This document shows positions 24,475-28,893 of a DNA stretch of 28,893 bases, one piece after another (positions within the stretch are counted from its first letter, which is position 1; every line of letters starts with the position of its first letter). The notes under the pieces are model-generated. The model worked only from the letters and a program-made list of their open reading frames with translations. It had not been told where the DNA came from and did not search any database. Source of the stretch: a virus (taxonomy: Duplodnaviria; Caudoviricetes). Both the position numbers and the translations under genes were made by a program. Location of the stretch: positions 1 to 28,893 of IMG/VR virus record IMGVR_UViG_3300044267_005153. One strand, written 5' to 3'.

Positions 24475-24933
24475 CTAAACTCGCACACACCCGCCATCTG
24501 CGATGTCGGTGTCTGCCGAGATGTAAACGTGGTGCTTGCTGAGAACAGCAGTACCAGCGATAAAACCTCCAGCAGATCCATTCCCAAAAGTTGCTACGAT
24601 ATCGATGTAACGCTTGCGACCTCTCAAGTCAACTTGAAAAACACAAACTTGGTTATCATCGGTAGCGCTTGGAAGTGCCAAAGCAGTGCCGTCAGTGTTA
24701 GTTCCACCAGAGAAAGTTGCTCCAGTGATGTCTGCGTGACCAGAGCCAGCAGTGTCTGACTCAGTCAACTTGAGCGCTGTCATTGCAATGTCAGTCGCTC
24801 CAATATTCAGAACCACGGTCAAGTAGTCTGCGTCCAGCGTATCGATCTCAACGGTTGTTGCCGAGGCATTATCGAGAATCGCAGCCGGAGGAATGCAGTT
24901 CTTAAATCGTGAATGTTGTAATTCATTACTCAT
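24475..24933 (-). CDS. putative capsid decoration protein
   Basis: 152 aa directly after the MCP and before the terminator; IDT..G..L.ESD..DI.GA..VDL..KRY beta-sandwich pattern. Confidence 0.7.
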   Translation of the reverse strand: MSNELQHSRFKNCIPPAAILDNASATTVEIDTLDADYLTVVLNIGATDIAMTALKLTESDTAGSGHADITGATFSGGTNTDGTALALPSATDDNQVCVFQVDLRGRKRYIDIVATFGNGSAGGFIAGTAVLSKHHVYISADTDIADGGCVRV

Positions 24934-24969
24934 GTTTGAATTCCTTATCTTTGTTAGTTAAAAACCAGC

Positions 24970-26283
24970 TTAGCTAGCTGCGGTTACGATTGAGCAAACT
25001 GCACCTGCGTCTGATGCATCGCCACGGCTGTGGATGTTGATGTCGAATCGCTCTGAGGCTTTCATGGCAATGACATCCTCATCCCAGAATCGCTCTGAGG
25101 TGGTGGACAACGACACGCCACGACGATCACCGAAAAGTGCGGCCATACTCAAGTCGCCAAAGTAGACGAGAGGAGTTGATGCAGAATCGGTCAGGCCTTT
25201 GTGCATTGCGTTTGAGAAAACAACTGGGTAGCCCAAGAAGGTCTGATTATGGCCTCGGCCAATCTCGTCTCCGTCTACTCCACCAAGAGCGTTCTTGAGG
25301 TTCTCCATAGATGCGTAGTACCCGGGCTTCGAAACGAACCAAACGGGATTAATACCGGGGTATTGAGGAAGCATTCCGACAACCTGCTCGAAGTCAGCCA
25401 TGACGAGGTCAGAGAATGCAAGCTCACCACTGCTCGTGACTAGCTTGGAGCCTGCGTTCAGTGCAGTTTTCAAGCCCACGATCCCGTGGTGGGTAGATGT
25501 CCCGTCTCCATTAAATCCGGCATTGTCTTCTGCGTAAGCAAAAGCCTGTGCCATCTCTTTTACAATCTCTTCAGCCAAGCTGATTGCAGAGTCTTCGTTC
25601 AGCTCGTCTGAAACTTTGAGCCAAGCTTTCCATTTTCTGGCAACCAGCTCAACCTGATCGTATTCTGGATTAGAACGAGTTCCAGTATTCGACCCTTCGT
25701 TAGCTGTATCAGTCTCTGAGACTGCGTAAGCCGTCATTCCAGATCGTCGAACTGGCACTACCTTTCTATCGCTGGCCATCGGCGAGACTTTGGCCCACTT
25801 CCGAAAAACTCCGTACTCCTCTACGAGTCGAACGATTGAGTTCTCAAGCTCTGCGGGAACGAAAAGACCGCCTTTGAGGTCGTCTTTCGTGTTTAAGTCT
25901 GCAGCGTAATAGTTGCTATCGCTCAACCATTCGCCAGCCTTTTTGTTGCCGAACATATTACTAGCAAAGAACATTCCAGCAGCATAGGCTGACTCTTCGC
26001 TCTCAAAGGCCTCCAACTTAGTACGGCCCAAAGCAGATTTAGGAATCATAGTCTTATTTTCCTCTGTAATTTCAGGGTTTGATAGTTTTGCAGCAATCTC
26101 AGCTCGCTCTGACTCGTAAGAAGCCTCAAGAGTCTTTAGCTCGTTTGACTTCTTCTCAAGCTCATCGACTGAAGACTTGAATTGCTCAACGATCTCATCG
26201 GTGAGGTCTTCGTCTGGCACTTCAGTCAAAGAGGCTACCTTTGCCTCTAAGCTTTCGATTTCTGCTTTAATTTCGTCGAACAT
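24970..26283 (-). CDS. major capsid protein, HK97 fold
   Basis: N-terminal coiled-coil delta domain, GGLFVP.E, V.E, S.EL.EDS, A.AED..FNGDG, LGYPV, FGDL and ERFD. Confidence 0.95.
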   Translation of the reverse strand: MFDEIKAEIESLEAKVASLTEVPDEDLTDEIVEQFKSSVDELEKKSNELKTLEASYESERAEIAAKLSNPEITEENKTMIPKSALGRTKLEAFESEESAYAAGMFFASNMFGNKKAGEWLSDSNYYAADLNTKDDLKGGLFVPAELENSIVRLVEEYGVFRKWAKVSPMASDRKVVPVRRSGMTAYAVSETDTANEGSNTGTRSNPEYDQVELVARKWKAWLKVSDELNEDSAISLAEEIVKEMAQAFAYAEDNAGFNGDGTSTHHGIVGLKTALNAGSKLVTSSGELAFSDLVMADFEQVVGMLPQYPGINPVWFVSKPGYYASMENLKNALGGVDGDEIGRGHNQTFLGYPVVFSNAMHKGLTDSASTPLVYFGDLSMAALFGDRRGVSLSTTSERFWDEDVIAMKASERFDINIHSRGDASDAGAVCSIVTAAS

Positions 26284-26367
26284 TCTGTTCTCCCGAAAAA
26301 AAGTGTTAAAAAAAATATGTAGAAATCGGATACTGGTCTCGTGACGTTCAGCCGATTAGTTACTTAA

Positions 26368-27129
26368 TTATACGCTGAATTTTCCTTTATTTACTCTCGC
26401 CCGAAGCTCGTGAAAAATCATTGCATTCCTGTGGGAGCATGGTGGCTCGCACTCGCAAACATTATCAAAGCAAGGCTCGTCGCACTTATCACAAAGCTCG
26501 CAACCTTCATGTTCTCCGCACTCCCCGCTGTCAACTTCTTCGCATTCTGCCATACATGCAGCGACTTTTTCCATGTTGTGAACTTTCGAGTTCACGGATG
26601 GCTCATCCCCATCCTCTTCGATAACTCTGTCTGCAAAGCCTTCTTCGACAGCAGATTCTGCATTGTACCAAACCTCCTCGGAGAATATTGAATCAATCTC
26701 CTCTTTGCTTTTTCCAGACTTTTCAATGTATGCGTGAGCCATTGCATCAGCGTGGAGGTCTAGGTTTTCAGCGGTTGCTCGCATCTCGTCGGCGTTTCCG
26801 AATGCCAAAGTCATTGGTGCGTGAATCATCAGCAGGCTGTTCTTGTTGATGAGCACCTCGTCAGCCGCCATCGCTATGTAGGAAGCTGCTGATGCTGCAA
26901 GCCCACTGACAACAACTGTAACCTTGCCTTCGTGAGATTTAAGGGCATTGTAGATCGACATTCCCTCCCAAACGTCCCCTCCCGGGCTGTTTATCTGAAC
27001 GACCACATCGTCCAGACCTTCGAGTGCATTATAGATCCCAGATCCAGTAATACCTGACTCCATAAACCCCTCGCCGACAGGCCCACTCAGCCTGATTGTG
27101 TTTCCGCTAACCTGTATGTTTTCGCTCAT
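26368..27129 (-). CDS. ClpP-family (S14) head maturation protease
   Basis: INSPGGDV.EG..IYN.L, GLAASAASYIAMA (Ser), MIHAP (His), W..A..A...GFAD. Confidence 0.93.
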   Translation of the reverse strand: MSENIQVSGNTIRLSGPVGEGFMESGITGSGIYNALEGLDDVVVQINSPGGDVWEGMSIYNALKSHEGKVTVVVSGLAASAASYIAMAADEVLINKNSLLMIHAPMTLAFGNADEMRATAENLDLHADAMAHAYIEKSGKSKEEIDSIFSEEVWYNAESAVEEGFADRVIEEDGDEPSVNSKVHNMEKVAACMAECEEVDSGECGEHEGCELCDKCDEPCFDNVCECEPPCSHRNAMIFHELRARVNKGKFSV

Positions 27130-28601
27130 TTTTTGTTCCTAAATTTGATTTTTATTTCTTCCAGTGTTTCCGATTGAGTCTTGCTCGTCAGGCCCATTTC
27201 TATGGCCTTTTCAAAAACCTCGCTGAGATCCGGCGCTTCAAATGACTCCAAGAAAGACTGGAATCTAGAGTCGTTCTTTCTCTCAGATTCTTTTTTGAAT
27301 TTGTTCTCGATAGAGCTTTCAAACCATTTTATTTTTTCAGTGATAAGATTCTGAATTGTATCATCTGATTCCTGCGGCTCATCTGCTGGGTCTTCCTCAT
27401 CGTCACTGCGAACAACTCCTGTGTGCACCGAGTTGGGGTCAAAGTAGACATCACCTCCCTCTCTCGGGTTACGATTAGTCATTGCCCGGTATTCGTTTGC
27501 GTTGATGGCTCCCATATTGAATTCGATGTTTGCGATCTCGGCCAAGCTCTTCCTGTCCATCATTCCCACGGCAGAGTAGTTATGCTCTATGTAATGAGAA
27601 TCAGATCTTCGCTCGGATTCAGTTAGCAGCTTGAGTTCGCATTCTGAAGAAATCTCGCACAGGATTGGAGCCAAGCACTGGTCGTGGTAGTTCCTGTTAT
27701 CCTCCGACCTAGAACCATAGCCACCCGAATCCGGTATCCCAAGCTTTGAAGGGGGGATGTTAAACCAGTTTGCTACTTCACGACTCTGGATGATTCGAGT
27801 TTCAGACATTTGCGTCCTCTCAGCATCAACCTGAATCTGGTGCCATTTTGCGCCATCGCCAAGCACAAGGGTTTGAAATGCATCTCCACTCAGCTTGGCT
27901 CTCAGGCCCTTTTCCAAGTTGTCCTTTGCCTCTGGCTTGAATCCTGACGGGACTTCAAGTATCCCTCCGGGGTGGCAGCTTCCGGCGAAAAACTTGGATG
28001 CATGTTGCTGCGCAGCCAATCCAACAGACCAAGATTCCCTTGCGTTTTTGAGAAGGCTTGGCTCGATGACTCCCGGTACATTAACTCCTTCGAAGTGAAG
28101 AATCTCCTTTCGATCAAACCACTCCATAGTTCCATTTATTTCAGAGCCGTACTTATTCTTTCTTGCGTCCCAGCTTGTGCGATCAGGCAGTAGGTGGTAG
28201 AGACCCCTGATCTGACCGTTGAGGCTCTTATCAATCCAGACGTAGCAATTATTCCAAAGCAAGTAGTGGAAGACACAGCGGTTCCAGAACTTCTTTGCGC
28301 TCATCGTGTCGTTTGGGAACCTTGCTATCCTTGAGAATGCAGAGTGAGTCTTCGCAATGTCCCTAGCCTTTGGCCCAAGTTCAGGAAGTCTCTTGTAGAC
28401 ATTAAGCCTGAGTTTTGAGACATCGCCTGAAATCATATTTACAGCTTGCCACACAGGTGCGTAGCTAAGCGACTCACCCACTCCCACTTTCAATCCCGAA
28501 GCTGTAGTCTTCAGCTCACCAAACTCTTTTACGAGTTGGTTGACAGAAAGGGCCTGTGGAGCTGGCTTTGTAAACCAGCTAAAAAACTTTTTTATCATCA
28601 T
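27126..28601 (-). CDS. portal protein, HK97 family
   Basis: VW.AV..IS.DV.KL, PN..M, EILH, F...PGGIL, Q..E.R..EVA.WFNIPP..LG, NE.R..P..GGD. Confidence 0.95.
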   Translation of the reverse strand: MMIKKFFSWFTKPAPQALSVNQLVKEFGELKTTASGLKVGVGESLSYAPVWQAVNMISGDVSKLRLNVYKRLPELGPKARDIAKTHSAFSRIARFPNDTMSAKKFWNRCVFHYLLWNNCYVWIDKSLNGQIRGLYHLLPDRTSWDARKNKYGSEINGTMEWFDRKEILHFEGVNVPGVIEPSLLKNARESWSVGLAAQQHASKFFAGSCHPGGILEVPSGFKPEAKDNLEKGLRAKLSGDAFQTLVLGDGAKWHQIQVDAERTQMSETRIIQSREVANWFNIPPSKLGIPDSGGYGSRSEDNRNYHDQCLAPILCEISSECELKLLTESERRSDSHYIEHNYSAVGMMDRKSLAEIANIEFNMGAINANEYRAMTNRNPREGGDVYFDPNSVHTGVVRSDDEEDPADEPQESDDTIQNLITEKIKWFESSIENKFKKESERKNDSRFQSFLESFEAPDLSEVFEKAIEMGLTSKTQSETLEEIKIKFRNKK

Positions 28602-28612
28602 TTATTCCATTT

Positions 28613-28893
28613 TTATACAAGCCAACCGTTTTCTAGGTACATATCACCTTGAGGAATGTACCCGATGTTGTTATACGCGCTATTTAGACCCATTATGCTG
28701 GCAACTATGCCATCGATTTTCTTGACACCCTCTCGCTCCTTCACGGGATGTTTTTTACCCGCCTCATTCAGTTTAACCTGAACATTCCCCGCCTGCCACG
28801 ACAAAAGAGAGTTGCCCGGATGCTTCAGTCTTCCACCGGCAAGAAGCGCTTCGAAGTTGTCAGTTGGGCCAGCGAAATTTGATGTGGACTGCG
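28613..28893 (-). CDS. terL: terminase large subunit, C-terminal end (5'-truncated)
   Basis: Open frame to the window edge: Q..F..P..FE.L..G.L.HPGN.LL.W.A.NV..KIDG.VA.IM; directly upstream of the portal. Confidence 0.9.
   Translation of the reverse strand, partial: QSTSNFAGPTDNFEALLAGGRLKHPGNSLLSWQAGNVQVKLNEAGKKHPVKEREGVKKIDGIVASIMGLNSAYNNIGYIPQGDMYLENGWLV

Noticed and set aside
26348-26356. ATCGGCTGA (minus strand) matching the 15350 motif
   Set aside because: Only 9 bp and explained as one arm of a hairpin, so plausibly chance.
1-28893. CRISPR array, tRNA, tmRNA, integrase/transposase, or DGR/retron reverse transcriptase
   Set aside because: No regularly spaced repeats, no cloverleaf in the gaps (GTTCGA-like hits fall inside CDSs), no RT or recombinase motifs, and no TR/VR pair seen by eye.

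Overview
A 28.9-kb segment of a tailed dsDNA phage (HK97-like head, non-contractile siphovirus-type tail). Nearly every gene is on the minus strand. From right to left: the 3' end of the large terminase, portal, ClpP-type prohead protease, major capsid, head-tail connectors, major tail protein, a tail chaperone with a -1 frameshift site, a short tape measure and an unfamiliar tail-tip module. Next come a ~410-bp structured intergenic region and a DNA/RNA-metabolism block (degenerate thymidylate-synthase-fold protein, CsrA homolog, two OB-fold-like proteins, SF2 helicase, metallophosphoesterase). After these are a single plus-strand SNase-like nuclease, a membrane/secreted-protein cassette built around a twin-arginine-signal S8 subtilase (no endolysin recognised in the window), a LamG-repeat protein, small early-type genes and a RecE-like PD-(D/E)XK exonuclease cut by the left edge. 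Several proteins resemble families I recall from Planctomycetota and their phages, so that host is inferred but not proven. The best novelty candidates are the possible protease-based lysis/envelope cassette, the catalytically rewired ThyA-fold protein, and the structured non-coding element with motifs shared between intergenic regions. All family calls come from motif recognition by eye; no database searches were run.
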